Below are positions 50,114-64,000 of a stretch of 64,000 bases of DNA, one piece after another. The stretch comes from Lama glama (Eukaryota). How positions within the stretch are numbered: the stretch's first letter is position 1; each line of letters opens with the position of its first letter. The notes under the pieces are model-generated. The model was not told the origin of the DNA. It made no database searches and saw only the letters and a list, made by a program, of their open reading frames with translations. The position numbers were made by a program, and so were the translations under genes. The stretch is from NCBI GenBank assembly GCA_028534125.1, contig CM052816.1, positions 54,314,001 through 54,378,000 of the forward strand. The letters run 5' to 3'.

Positions 50114-51575
50114 CTACACAGACAAAGAGAGCTCTTCAAGTCCTTCCGTGCAGGCTTAGAGCTGCTCCTACAGAGGGTCTCATCCAGTTCAGCAATAAAG
50201 TTCCCACAGGCTTTGTTACATTCCACACAGCACTGTTCTCTAGCTGCACCCACTGTGACGCTGATGACAGGAGGCTCACGGTCACAAGGCATAAAGACCA
50301 CAAGACCACGAGTCCAGTGCCAGGCCGCCACCCCTGGGTTCCAGGACACGTGAGCAGTGGGTGAAGTTCCCGCCCTCAGCCCTATGGGCGTAGTGGCACC
50401 AGGTCCAGTTGCCTCCTTTGAGGTCTTTCTTGAGATCTTTACAACAACCTGTGAGCTTGTTATTGTCATCCTTAATTTACAGATGGATAAACTGAGGCTC
50501 AGAGATGCTAATTAATTTGCCCAGTGGATGATATGATTATAAATGTGTATCTCTTTACTCTCCTCAAAGCCAGTCATCTTTTACCATCCTATGGGGCCTC
50601 CAGACATGACTTCTCTGGGTTTAGTCTGGCTCCTGGCAGTTTCCATGGATAAGGCAAAGAGGGCCATGAAGATTTCTGGACCCTGGGGCACTGGCTGGGA
50701 TGAAGAGCCTGGTGACCTCAGGGGGAGTCTATGGCACCCCCACTATTTCTGGGAGGGAGTGGCTGAGTCAGAACCTGAGATTCTCTGCAAGCTCTTCTCA
50801 CCTCCACACTCATACAAGATGGCCAGCTGGGGGCATACTGGGGTCACCAGAGTGTGGCAGTATTCTCCTGGCAAAATTTTTTTGGAGTACTTGACAATAT
50901 CCTGCTTCATTTTCAATCTCACTGCCCCAATTTTTCTTTTATTAATTTTGGCCATCATATATAACCCAAATCTATTTTATTCCTGTACAATGGTACCTCA
51001 TTAAATGAATACCACGCTTATCTAACTACTTCATATCAGAGAAAGCATCTGAATGCTTAAAAGAAAGTGCCCAGGCAATTCCAGCTCTGAGAGCAATACT
51101 CCTGTGGAAGGAAGGGCTTGCATTCACACCACTGCCTTTATCTGATGGGATGCAGTGGAGGCTGCCGAACAAACTGATGGGGTAGGGAAGAGCAATCTAT
51201 ACATCTCTGTCAAACTGTGATGAGTAAAGAGAACAGAAGAAGAAAAGCTGACCGAAAACTGGGCCTATAAAACATGTAAATACTGCTATTAAATACTCCT
51301 AGTCCCCCAAACACTGGATAACTAAAAAACATAGAACAGCTCTTTGGGTGGAACTCTGCCCAGAGATATGTATGATATTCCAGCAACGACAGGTGGGATA
51401 TAGTCACGTGAAGGAAGGAATTTCCTTATATAAAATCATCAGATTCTGCATCATCACGATAAGCACCAGGTTCGCTTGATATCCAAAATTCACTCAAAAT
51501 CTAACTCACTTTGCATACATAAAAATTTTTCACTTAATTATAACGGTATTCAAGAAGCCAATCTTGAAGACATCA

Positions 51576-51797
<222 letters not shown>

Positions 51798-53409
51798 TCA
51801 GGGAGGTCCGACAAGTGCCCTGCAGGAACGCTGAGAAAATGTGCTGAAATCTCAAGTCCCCTGGGCGAGTGCTCACGCTGACCAGTGCCCCAATCCAAGC
51901 GCCAGGGGGTTAGCTGCCTCCCTCCTCATCAGCCACACGCTCATACAACTGCCATCCCAGCTCCCTGGGGCCTCTGGGAGATGGGAAGAAATTCACCAGC
52001 AGAAAAAGAGCGAGAAGCCTTTACCTAGCAGTTCCAGCCTCTGGTGGGCATATTCATCACTGCCCACAAAATAAGAAAAAAACAGAAAAAAAGAACAAAT
52101 AAAAATTAACTAGAACTCCACCCAACAGATTGTGGGTTCTTTTTGTCAAATCTCTTCATGGCAGCAATTTGACCTTTCATATCTAGATATTAATAGATGA
52201 ATAGATAATGGCCACTGTCTATTAACCAGTGCAAGGCTTGGGGACACTTCCGGTCTAACTGAACAATCGATTCAGTTAAAAGGCTTGGGCAGGAGGCAGC
52301 CCTTTCAGTGCTGGGCACAGCCCATGAGTGAGGAGGGGCCCTCTCCACCCCTAACCCAGCACATTCTGAGGCCAGCAGACTCAGAGATTTCTTTCCAAAA
52401 TTCTGCCCAGAACCCTGGAATTTACAGCCATCACCTTGGCTGGCTCTTGGCTCCTGTCCCCACCCTCCAATTTCTTCTGAGTGGAGGGGACAAGTGATGA
52501 AGAATGTGGGGGAAACGTGAGTGCACTGCACCTAGGTCATGGATTTCTTTGGGCACGACTGACATCCATCCATCTGCTGCTTCAGAAAACAGTCTTGTAA
52601 ACTGATCACTCTTGCCCTCCACAGTGATGATAGCAGTGAGGAAGGAACCGGGAAATTCAGGGACACTGGGGACCTCCTGTCTCAGAAACACAGCTTCTAT
52701 TAACACAACTGACCCCGGGAGTATGAGGGGCTGGGAGGCTGCTCTAGGGCCCTTGGCACCAGGCGTTATGGGGGTCACTGAAGAGGAGGGGTGGTGATGC
52801 TGTCTTTGCTGATCTCCTATCACTTCCATGTGGTGGTCCTCAGAGCCCTGCCTGGGCGGGGCAGCGGGCGTGACCCCTGCTTGCCTGGTCGAGTTCAGCC
52901 CACAGCTCCCTGGCCTGCCCTGCATTGCTGCTCAGCCTCTCACTGCTGGGCCCTGGCCCATGAGCTCTCTGCTTAGAAAGCCTGCCCCATCTCCTTGTCT
53001 CGTTAACTCCAACTGACCCCTCTCCTGCTCCAGCCAGCTGTCCTTGATCCCCTTGCCCAGTCTGAGTTAGTGCCACTCCCACCACTCCCACTCTCTCCTG
53101 TGCAGGCTTTGAGTGACTTATTACACTCAATCTCAAGTTTGATTTTTTCCCGTCTCTCCCCGCTAGACACGAAAATCCTCAAGGGCAAAGGCTACTTTGG
53201 ATTTGTCTTTGGACACTCAGCACTGTTTAGTGACTAGCTGATGAATGGATTTGAGCATGCGTTGTTTTCCATCTTTGTTGGCTAACTTCTCCTATATGTG
53301 TTTATTCGGCTTTTGCTACTAGGTTATAGATATGGGTAGAAATCGTGGCCCTTTGTTCACGTTAAGGTTCCTGTCCCCTTGCAATGCAGTAGGTACTCCA
53401 GGACAGGAA

Positions 53410-53625
53410 CTCTGGGGTGAAGGCACCTGAGTTCAAATCCTGGTTTGTCCACCACTAGCTACATGACTGTGGGCAGGTTACTTATCTTCTCTGGTCCTCT
53501 GTTTCCTCATCTGTAGAATGGCTACAATAATGGTACCTGGTTCACTGAACTGTTGTAAGAAATAAATGAGTATGTGTAAAATGGTTAGTACTGCATCTGG
53601 CACATGATAAGCACCATGTAAGTGT
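53410..53625 (+). mobile_element. MIR SINE
   Basis: 'cctgagttcaaatcctgg...gggcaggttactta...gtttcctcatctgtagaatgg...tggcacatgataagcac'. Confidence 0.85.
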
Positions 53626-55397
53626 TTTAAAGCAGATGGATAATTTCGATGGAAGGATGGGTAGATGGATGGATGGGTAAGTAGATATTGTTCCTAAATT
53701 TTAAGTGCTACTGCCTGACCTCTGAACATCTGCACTAAGAGGTACATGCCCTGGGAAGTGGCATTGCTCCAAAGAGGACTCTGGTGTTGAGTGAGAACAT
53801 GTATGAAGTAGCTCGTTCATGATGACCTATCTTAAAATCCACAGCACAAAGGTCATTTTGATTTCCCCCTTACATATAACATCCTCTATTCAGCTTCTTC
53901 CTCCTTCCTCTTGTTTTGAGTTTTGTATTCAGAATGCTGGTGGGTTTGTAAAGGGGTCTAAAAGCGTTCCCCAAGAAAAAAACCTGCAATCAGTATAGTT
54001 TCCCTTGCAATACAGGGACTCCCCTTCCCAGACTCCCAATGTCCTCAGCCCCTGCTCCTTTCTGTTCACAGTCAAGGCTGGCAGGGGATTCATATCATGC
54101 GACACCATCACTGTGTCACCTCTCCCAGAGACAGAGGTTTCTTAACCACCAGGTGCTAACTGTAGAACGAAGGGCTCAGTTGCCTGTTAAAGGAAGGTCT
54201 GCAGGATTACCAGTGGGGAGGGCTGGTAGAGACCAGAGATGCCCTTCTCCTCACTACTAACACCACAACCCGGCTTCCCTGCAAAAGAGGGAGGCGCAAA
54301 GCAAATGTGTTTCATGAACAGACCGTACAAGTCCAGATACAAATCAGGGAGCTGTGGGATTTGTGTTTGGTCTATAAGGGAAACGTGTGATTTCTCTAGG
54401 GTTCAGGATGCAGATTTGCAGGCAGGAGGCCCAGTAACAGGTAGCCTTCAGATCCATCTCATGGGCCAGCCAGAAAAACCAATTCCCAAGATACAGCCAA
54501 ACAGGGGGCCAGGTAGGAAGGCCCTGGAGTCAGAAAGACAAGGCTGGATGTTCTGGTTCCAATATTTACAGTTGGGACTTTCCTTGGAGAAGTTCCTTGG
54601 CCTCTCTGGGCCTCAATTTCCCCATCTGTATGATCAGGCACTTACGTCTCTTTCATAGGATTCCTGAATGGAGATGAGATGGCCTCACAAGTGTGATGAT
54701 AACAGGGCCCAGGTGGGCTACTGATGTCACTGACTCCGTATGAGAGCAGGGTGTGCCTGTGTGTGCGGTGGGGGAGGGGGGTCTCACCGTGTGCTGGACA
54801 CTGTCCTCAGTCTCTAGTGATGGCACCAAATGCACCTCACACTCGGTGCTACTATGGAAACCAAGTGCAGGCAGGCTACAGCCCATCAGTGGAAAGCCTA
54901 CATTTCAGAGCATTTTTTAAGAGTAAACATCTTATCTTCTGACAAACAATAAGAAATTTGTTTCGACAAAAGTTTGTCTGCTATATACATTTCCTTAGGA
55001 AAATGGCTTTAGTATTATATGAGTGTTTTATAATTGGAACACCAAGTGCAGGGAAATAGATGAGGACCGCTGAGAATATTCTGCTCCCAAAGGCTACTTA
55101 CTTATAAGCATTTACTCTACCATTCTGACATACTTCTGTGTAAATAATCTCTCACCAGATAGTCTAAAGACTTGGCCCCATCTCTGTCAAAGAAATTGCA
55201 GGTCCTGATCTGAACTAATTTTCATTCTTATTGCATGTCTAATTCTTAGCTTCGGTCTACCAGATTTCCTTGCACACTTTGATGTTCCTTTCCACAAAGA
55301 AAATGTGCTGAAATGTGAGAATTATGGCAAAGCGCTTGGAAAAGGGTGGCTCAAGCTTGAAAGGCTCTATCTTGATGTCTAAAGATACAAAGTATCA

Positions 55398-55499
<102 letters not shown>

Positions 55500-56429
55500 T
55501 TAATGTTAGTTCTGCTAGAAAAGCATTAGCATTTCATCTGTTAATTTATCAAAGTAAACAGTTCCTCAGATTCATTTAAAACCATGTACTCTTTGGTATT
55601 ATGTTTTGGAAATAAAAAGAAACCTAGTCTTCAAAGTAAATGAATAAAAAACAGCATGTATTTCTATGTATATGAACGAGAAGAACGTAATCCAGCAATG
55701 TCTTCATGGATCATGGCACAGACCACACGTGTGCTGAATAAAACCTTCATACTGACACACAGAACAAGGGGGCAGGCGACAGCCTCGTATGTCCCCGATG
55801 TTCTCTGTCAACGACATTCTTCTGTTCCGTTCACAGTGTGGTCATGGAGAAGTCAAGTCCCCATCAGCTAGGAAAACCGAATTAAGCCTAAATTGGATCT
55901 GAGGTATTCTGGCCCTCTGCAACAGACACAGAAACATTTGTTCTCCTTTCTTCTGTAATCCTAGACAAACAAGCCTTTATGGTACTTCGCTTTCGGCCAC
56001 ACCCACCAGCGCGATGAAAGGCAGATACAGAATTCCCCTTGCCCGGTCAATTGTATAGCTCTCCAGGTGGGCATTTTCTTGGTGATCTAACTTGTATATC
56101 CGGAATATTTGAAATCATTTCAATTTCTTGGTTAAACTTTTAACTACCTTCCAAATCTACAGCACCTCCAAATACAGTAAGTTATTTACTCTCTAACCCA
56201 GCAAGTACGTGGCTAGTTACTAGAGCTTTGTCATTTGTGCTGGCTGTTTAAAGACTCCCAGCAAAGGCTTTCTTACACATTACCTCCATTCTCCAAAAAA
56301 ATGTTAACTGGATTGATGCTTCTTCTTATAAAACTAACTCTTAAAATGTTATTTATTTCTCTATTTCTAAGGCATCTAACCTTGCCATTGTGTTCTGCAC
56401 TGTTTACTAGGGAGAGGACAGAAAAAACT

Positions 56430-56600
56430 GGGTGAAATCTGGTTCAGGATTTTGCCAGTTATGGGACCTTGGGCAATGTTCTATCTCTGCTGGCCCTCAG
56501 TTATCTCATCTATAAAATGAAGGTAACATATTTTACAGGTTGTTTTAAGACTCAGATAGTTAATGTGAGGCATTTCTCAAAGTACTAGGGACAACAGAAG
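56430..56600 (+). mobile_element. MIR SINE
   Basis: 'gaccttgggcaa...cctcagttatctcatctataaaatga'. Confidence 0.7.
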
Positions 56601-59600
56601 AATTTAAGACTTGGTACTTATCATTCGTGAGATGTCAGAGTAATATTTCTTTGTTCTCTAAAGCTTTCAAAGGCTGTTGATGAAAAGAAAAGTGCATCAT
56701 AACCTATCTTTTCTCATGAGTGTACCTGAAATACCAAACCAAGAACTGCTTTCAATGGCAGCCAGGAAACCTGCCCAGGAAGTGAGGGATTTTAGCCCGC
56801 TGCGGGTCCCAGCAGTTGCAGAGGTGAAGACTCGGGTGTGGGAGGATGAGTGAAATACGGAATCATGACGTAGGTGAGTGGAGGAGAACACAAACCTAAC
56901 CCAACTGAGATCCCTCACGGGTGCAGGATGTTTTCTTACTTAAACGGATCCAGTCTATCTAATGTGACCCGTATACTGTCCTATTAGCATTGCTGCATTT
57001 GTAAACATGATCATTTAAAATCTGAGAATAGAAATAGGACTTTATAATTGTTAAAGTCATTACTAAACTACCTCTCACGAAGAGGCAAGAGCTAGTCTTA
57101 GCGGAAGTTTTTTCCAGGCGCCTGAGTATAGAACCTGACTCAACACCACAGGAAAGCGTTTCCTGTCCTCCCAAAGTATACAGTGTGTGGGCTAATTCCT
57201 TAGCTTTGACAGCTGGATAATTAAGTGCTAACACATTTTATCAAATGATAAATTCCTCTCTGGCCCAAGTATCTTCTTAAAGTACTTGTGTGGCTCAATT
57301 AAATATGTAAACAGCTCCTTCAGAGTATGATTGTTCTTGTCAATTCAAGAGGCTGCCTTCATACAAGATCTGAGTTCCAAATGCCAACATTTATCTATTA
57401 GATGCTGACTACAAAGCACACACTATCCAGTGAGTATAATGCCCAGTGGGACAAAGCAGATTCTAACTAACAGTCGACGTGAGAGTATACTGGCAGGACC
57501 AGAGACAATCACTACTGGACTATAATGTTGCTATCTAGGCTTTAAACCAATTTGGTTGATGGTTCTGTTTAACTAAACCTGCAGCAAAATGAGGTAATTA
57601 ATTTGAATCATGTTCCTAGAGTTCAGGAATTTAATTGCTTATATTAATGATTAATACTTGTCATATGGAAGAACGTTCACTTTATTAATTTCCACTTCTT
57701 GGGAGCCATGGAACTCTGCACCTCCAATGTGTTTTTATAGCCTTCAGGTTGAAAAATTGGAAAACTGGAAAAAGCACAAGGGCAATGGAACCTCAGCCTG
57801 AAAACCCACGTAGTGCAGGGGATGTAACCATTTCCCCCTTTATCATCTTAAAGGGCCGTAAAGTTCCAAGGGGGAAAAGGCACACATCACAGGGACCCAG
57901 GCAGAAAGTCTACAAAGAACACAATGGTAAGATGGGGTGCAGAGTGGTTACAACTGAAAGCAGGATGCCTGGATTCTACTCCGGCACTGCCACTGACATA
58001 TGGGATAGCTATGATCATACCAAGTCTTCCTGGCTCTCAGTGTTTCCTCTGTCAATTGTGGCTGGGGTGGCTGGGTTATGAAGCCTCCTGTGTCCCCACT
58101 AAAGGCACTCTCTAACCTCTGCTCAAACAAAATACCACCTGCCCCGGCCCAGACCCACACACAGAGAGGCTGCCCATAACACGAGTAGGACTGGGCAAAG
58201 TGGTGGCATGCAGGGAGAAGATTCTGAACACAAATCCACATCCCCGCAGGGGTGTGGGAGTGGCAGGGAGGGGACCACGGACTTGCCACTGGTCAGCACC
58301 ATTCCTGGGCATCGATGCAGCAGGGGCTGGTTACTTGAAGCCACACAGCCCAGTTTCAACTCCTGTAATGCACTGGCTGCCCCACAGAGCCCATGTGAGG
58401 ATAAAATGCTCCATAAACATCCGTTGGTAACAAGAGATGTAGTGTTCCATGGAACACAAAGTCTTGCCCATCAGAAACTGATTCTTTCTAAAACTGAAGA
58501 CTGCTACTGTCTCAAGACTTGGAATAAAACAAACATGATGATTCGGGTGTAATTCCTAGATTACAGGTGTCAGATTGCCTAATGATGAAACGATAGCTCA
58601 TCAGCTCAAACTCCCAATAAATAGCCAGATCCTGTCTGTATTTTGGTTAACAGAGTTCTTTTCATGAAAAAGAAGCATGAGAACATAAGAGATAAATGGT
58701 CATCAGTTAGCCTGGATTTCCCTAGAAATTCCCCATTTCATGAATTCTTCTGTTCAGTCAAGGAATTCATCATATGTACTCAGAAATGTGACTTCGTTCT
58801 ATCTTTAAACATTATTCTTATATAATGGAATTTTTAATTTAGGTATTTTATGTTTGATCACACGTTTTTTTTTTCTTGGCTAAGTAAATATGGTTGCCAA
58901 TACATGAAGACCCGGACAGAAGTGTCTGCCTTCAACATCATCCCTGCAGTACAAACTGTCCTTGCAGAATTCTAGTAATGCCACATATTTAGCTGCAGCT
59001 GGGGGTGGAATTTGCAGGGGAAAGTATTATATAATTAGACTATAATTATTCTGGCATTGTATAATAAAGAGCCTCATTTCCCCTGTCTGTATCAAGTGAC
59101 AGTGTTGCCTGCCAGCCTCTGGGGTGCAGGTAGAGTCTTTAGACGTCCCTGAATGCCCTAGGGAGGTGGGGAGACCATGGATGGGTCACTCTCCCCGCTA
59201 TCCACTGAGCCCAGATCTTGAACTCCCAGGGAGAGCCAAACCACACACACACATGCCCTACTCCTCCATAAAATGGGCAAGAAGTTAAAGGCAGCTGAGG
59301 TACAACCAACCAAAAATAATCAAAAGAAACTGACCACGTAGCCCTCCTCTGGCTCCTCCTGGAGAGGGAACCTGCCTTCCCTTCCCCTCTGCAGGGGCTG
59401 CTCCTGTGCTGGTAGCTCATGACTTGAAAGAGAGGCTCCTTGCCAGCCAAGCTTAAGCTGGCGTGGAAGGTGAGAAGATCAGTGTTCTGGGCAAACCCAT
59501 CTTCCCGGGACCACTGCTGCCTGGGCCAGTCCCTTCGCCCGCTTCACACTGATGTGTATTCACAACCCGAGCCTTTCCATGATGACCTCTACAACAGGCC

Positions 59601-61390
59601 AATGCCCCCAACCAGCTCCAGGCACCGAGGAGTGAGAAGTTATGGGACTTACACAGTGTTAGGTACTTAGAACCCTGCCGAGTTCTGAATCTGATGAGAC
59701 CTTGAAAAATTTTCAGTGCCCTGGCTCTAAGCAGATTTCATCAACACAATAACCCAAAGCCCTTTCTTTTAGCTCTCTTGCTGGCCGCTTTATCTCAAAT
59801 TGCCAGACCTGCCTTTGCCCCACTGACCGTGGACAAGGTGACTTCTGACATCTTACATGTGCCATCACGTTTAACATTGCCTAAGAAAACTAGAGCCACC
59901 ATTTAAAATAAAACAAGGGAATTCCCTATCAGAGCAATAAGGTGGCTGCTGTTCATTTTTGTTGTAGATACCACATGGTTAAAGAATTAAACCAAAATGA
60001 AATCCCTTTTTTCTAATTCTATGTATTGCAAAAACATCTAAAATAAAAGTATAAATTCTTTTTACCCTCAGTAAAAGCAGCTGAAACCCCCAGGAATAAA
60101 AGCAATTAATATACAATTAAAAATCAGACATTGCTGTAGTAAAGGCAATGTGGTTTTCTTAAAAAAAAAATTCTGTGAAGTTCTCTGAAGCTAATAAATC
60201 ATGGTTACAAACAAACCAAGGGGATTTAACTTTCACTCAAAAATCTTTGGCAATATCCTTTACCAAAGAATTCCAACCGGTTTGAGATTCTTCTTTAATG
60301 CTTTCTCGCCTAAGAAAGGGACTGTTTATCCCCACACCTTGTTTCTTAAAGCTCTCTATCCACTAAAAAGTGACCTCCCTAACCGGGATGAACCCCAGAA
60401 GAGCCTGCCTCTGTGGGTCCGTGCCAATCCATTTTGTTTCCAAGGAACAGAGAATGGCCAAGAAAAATCAGGTTTAAAAGGGGTTTTGTTCTCTTTGAAG
60501 GCAAATTAAGTAATCAAGAAGTATAAGCATTGCAATGAGATGTTATCTCACTTATTTTTCACTGAGCCTGAAACGAGCGTGACATCTCAGTTGGCCCAAG
60601 ACCAAAGCCAGGGACCTTCTGGCTTCCTACAGGCTGGAGCCACTTGGGACTGGCCTCCCAGGGGCCATGGACTGGGAAGAGCCTCTTCTTTCCCCTGCTC
60701 CCTCTCTGCGCAAAGCAGGCCGGTTGAAGAAATCAGGGTCCTGAGAGCATGCTAGAAAGGACCTGAGCAAAACCTGGCATGAGCTAGAACTCTGATATTC
60801 CAAGATATCCCAGAAGCAGAGCATCCCACTATCCAGAGTTCTGGCCAGCCCCCAGACACTCAGAATCCCATCCCAGCTGTGAGCACCAGAGAGAAGCTTG
60901 CTCTTAAAGCACTGGGTACTCATGAAGAGACTTCAAATCAGGGGCCACCAACAGGCCTCCTGAAACTGCTAACATGGATACATAACAGTGATCATGGTTA
61001 GCATAATAAATACATCCATTGGTTTGCTCCTATCCATAACAATCCAAGGAGGAATTTATAAATGTTGAAAGTACTAAGTAGAAAGTGAGCCTCAAAAGGC
61101 TATTCTTAATCTCCATCTAATTGTACAGCAGTTAAACAGTACTTCTCCTAGGGTATAATTTTAAAACTGCTGCAAATAGTGGAAAATATTGTCAAAAGGA
61201 GAAGTGCTTCCCATCAATTTTATTATACCAAAGGGCTCCCAGTTTAGACTCTGCCGTTTACCAGCTACCGTTACTTGTTTAACAGCTTCAAAATCCTGGG
61301 ATCCAGCTCAGAACCTGTGAACCTCAGCCTAATGACAAACTTTTTTCTACAGAATTGTTAACCTCACATTCATCCTATTTTGCTACATAC

Positions 61391-61479
61391 CTTAACTTGA
61401 ACTGTGAGCGAACTTCCCCATGTTCTATTTGGATCAGTTCATTATAGCAAGCAATTATGCTGTTATTCTCCATAAATCT
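61391..61479 (-). CDS. PDE8B: PDE8B coding exon (~exon 6), 89 nt: [29 protein letters not shown](R)
   Basis: Minus strand reads TTTTCTTCCAG|AGATTTATG...TTAAG|GTATG. The translation matches recalled PDE8B sequence, and the phase 2 end joins the next exon in frame. Confidence 0.97.
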
Positions 61480-64000
61480 CTGGAAGAAAAAAGCAAAGAT
61501 AATACATAAGACATATACAATTATTTCTTAAATAGTCAAAGAAGCTTAAGAGTTTTTCCCACCTCAGATAACTGTTACATAAGACAACTAGTAGGTAAGA
61601 TGAGATGAAATAAAACAGTTGTCAAGGTGTTTGAAATGCTTGTTTAAATGTATAAGAAACAACAGAACAATTAATACTGGACACTTTATAACAAAGGTGG
61701 GAAAAACTTCATTATGAACACTCACAGGGAAATAAACACACAAGGGCTAGAACACCTCCCCGACTTTGTTTATTGCTGAAACTCCTGTGCTTTCTGCTGC
61801 CCTAAGGAAAATCTTCTAAAACCTGACCCTGGACATGCTCAGTGTGTTCCACACTATGAGCGATCTCTTTTGAGGGGAGAGATCTGTCTTTGCTTCCTCT
61901 TCATCTAATGTGCTCTTGTCCCTCATACACACACACACACACCCCTAGCGTGGATAACATCACCCTGGGGAGCACCTGCGAAGCCCCTGACTTTCCCTGT
62001 GCCTCTCGTCCCCACTATCCCAGGGGGAAGCTGGGAAGGGCTAAAGACAAAGGGGAAACCTCGAACACACAAAGGAAATATTTTCTATTTACAAAGCAAG
62101 CTTAAACGTGTAAGGTACAGGCTGAGCTTCTGGATGGGTGGAGATTGTGGGTCAGCCTGTAACTGAGCTGAGCGGTGTCAGCTGATGCTTCATAAAGTGC
62201 AAAAAAGGATCTGTGATAAAATACGTTTTGAAAAGAATGAGATAAACTGTTAAGTTTCTTTCTTTAAGATGGAAACTTTAAAAGTAGACTTCTGTTGTCT
62301 GTGTCTAACTATAAAAGTAATAACATTAATTTTAAGGTGTACAAAACACAGAAAAATACAAAGAAAAAACCCTCAGAATCACTGATAATGTCATAAGCTG
62401 GAGATAATTAATTTTGGTTTATTCCCCTTAGGCTTTTATTTTGTCTCTTTCTTTAGGTCTAAGAACTTCCATTGCAGTGAGGATCAGTCTTCTGTAGGTG
62501 ATGGTTTTTCAACACTGCAACACTTTGCATAACTGGCACTCATTGTCTTACAGACTATTTTATTCCATTGCCTTATCTTTTGGGAATTTTCCAGACTAGT
62601 TAACCCATAAATCCAAAATAAATTGAATGAACCAAAAAAGCAATGGTCTTCAAACTTCAACATGCTAAGAACCACCTGGCATTTGGTTACAAATGCAGAT
62701 TCCTGGGCCCTGCTGCCAGGAACGTAGGCAGGGGTCTTCAGTACAGGACTCCCCCATACGTTTGGATGCGATGTGGCCAATGTGCACTGCACATTCTCGG
62801 GGGAGGGAGGAGGAGCAACAGAGTCTTCCCTGATTTCCCAGACTTGACCACAGAAGCCTTCTGCCACGGACACCTGTTAAGGGCTCTGGGACACTAGTGT
62901 TCCATGGAACAGTTTGGGAAATGTGACTCTGGTGGGCCTGGTACAGATCTGGGAGTTAAACACCAAGCATGTGCATCTTGACTTGGTAAGAGAATGAACT
63001 ATGCAAGTGAGTCATTTTGAGCCTGTCTGCTCTGCAAAAATGGAGAGAGTATCAAACCTCTCACCTGTAGATGAAGATCAAGTAAAGCACCTAGAATGGA
63101 GCCAGACAAATAACAAACCTCAGTTCTCCACTCCCTCCTCCGAGGGAAGCCTCTCCAGGGAGGAACTATTTTCAATGCTCAAATCCCTGACATGCTTAGC
63201 GCACTGCGTTGCTCACAGTAAGTGCTCCGTAAATACTTGCTGAATGAACTCCAAGCATCATTCCAGGTAGAAAAAGGGGCCCACAAAGAATGACTCCAAA
63301 CAGCTACAATTGCCCTTTGCTAAGATGCTCTTCCTAAAAGGCTCAGGGTGGACTGAGCACCACACAGCCAGCCACTCATGCATAGCTACAGAGGCTTCAA
63401 GGGGAGCTGCTGTGGAATATGTGATGGTACAACGTGTTCCTGGATCCCCACTCAGGGACCCAGAGACTGAAGCGCTGGCCAATTAGCTAGTAAGGCAGAG
63501 CTGAGTTTCAGCAGATGATTTAATACAATCAAAACAACTCAGAGATGGGAAACGACTTTACGGAAGGCAAGGAGAATAGCTGGCATATTTGGAAGGGTTC
63601 TTGGGCAGAAAGTTGCCAGAGACAAAATTTTGCCCAAAAAAGGAGACCAGCCACCTGGAGAGCAGCCTCAGCTGACTCTGTGCCCCAGTAACTCAGGACC
63701 GGAAGGAAGCCTGGTAGGTTCAGTGTGCTTCTCTCCGCAAGAGCCCCAACTCCTTGGGGGCACCCTGACCTAGCTGGCAAAAGGCCTCGATCAGACCCAG
63801 CACAAAAAAACACCCAGTGGTCCCTGACAGGTACTGTTTTTCATGCTTCCACAAAGGGCCTGATTCACGGTGGATGACTGCAGGAAGCAGCACCCTATCT
63901 GGACAGACGGAAATGAAACCTTCTAGAGCAGCAAAGAAAGGTTACAAAATGAATTTAAAGGAGATAAGGGACCTTCCGTAATAAATTTACTTAACATCGT

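Noticed and set aside
59917..59926. Palindromic NF-kB-like GGGAATTCCC
   Set aside because: Isolated motif in AT-rich DNA with no supporting cluster.
61480..64000. Search for the next upstream PDE8B exon here, and for the next downstream exon in 1-1447
   Set aside because: No segment translating to the expected flanking PDE8B peptides was found; they probably lie outside the window.

Overview
Mammalian genomic DNA, probably camelid, inferred from the young L1 3' UTR type and the lack of recognisable Alu, Bov-tA, PRE or CAN SINEs. The whole window lies inside the PDE8B gene (cAMP phosphodiesterase 8B) on the minus strand. Six GT-AG coding exons (89, 79, 141, 89, 61 and 43 nt) splice into one open frame covering the end of the REC region, the PAS domain and the linker; they correspond to human exons ~6-11 as I recall the numbering. 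A 47 kb intron (1491-48643) is packed with nested retroelements, almost all antisense to the gene. Highlights: (1) a clear L1 3' transduction with a 17 bp TSD (44893-46069); (2) a near full-length L1 that splits a MER63-like transposon and is itself split by a ~2.5 kb foreign block and by an RPL23A processed pseudogene; (3) a promoter-like intronic cluster with two perfect CREs, a GC box, CCAAT and TATA next to a CpG-rich patch (43.2-44.2 kb); (4) an inverted copy of target DNA at an L1 5' junction; (5) apparent F>L and H>P changes in the PAS exon. I saw no RNA genes, CRISPR arrays or prokaryote-type systems. Repeat family names come from recalled consensus sequences, and repeat boundaries are approximate unless a TSD is given.
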